From Phallusia mammillata (taxonomy: Eukaryota): a stretch of 64,000 nucleotides of DNA. The DNA is taken from NCBI GenBank assembly GCA_965637545.1, contig OZ281494.1, positions 17,236,001 to 17,300,000 of the forward strand, in the 5' to 3' direction. The notes below the pieces were generated by a model that saw only the letters and a list, made by a program, of their open reading frames with translations, did not search any database and had not been told where the DNA came from. Shown here piece by piece: positions 60,441 through 64,000 of the stretch (its first letter is position 1; the number at the start of each line of letters is the position of its first letter). Made by a program: the position numbers and the translations under genes.

Positions 60441-64000
<3,560 letters not shown>

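Overview
AT-rich eukaryotic DNA with short GT-AG introns. The gene content and style suggest an invertebrate chordate, probably an ascidian (inference). I rebuilt phase-consistent exon chains by hand for five genes: a DPP4/FAP-family peptidase (+, 18 exons, 799 aa), a RASD1/2-like GTPase (-, 3 exons), RBBP6 (-, 19 exons, about 2020 aa), CRH-binding protein (+, 7 exons, 298 aa) and the 3' part of a PLEKHH1/2 MyTH4-FERM gene (-, running off the window). There is also a single-exon 493-aa disordered orphan with a WH2-like motif, and a secreted prepropeptide with a CRH/urocortin-type motif. Highlights: (1) the CRH-like ligand gene lies head-to-head with CRHBP, with 1.8 kb between start codons, and a TGA interrupts an otherwise CRH-like amidated C-terminus; (2) several hammerhead-ribozyme motifs, including a perfect 106-bp palindrome made of two back-to-back complete type I hammerheads, inserted with a 14-bp target duplication; (3) a tandem duplication of about 2.2-2.7 kb whose two copies show each other's empty insertion sites; (4) the DPP4-like enzyme keeps its catalytic triad but has altered N-terminus-binding residues; (5) the RASD-like protein lacks a CAAX box. 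Six hAT-type MITEs and one Mutator-like MITE are present. The region 1-13,000 is largely unexplained and looks like intergenic DNA with element relics. Identity estimates are by eye and no database searches were run.
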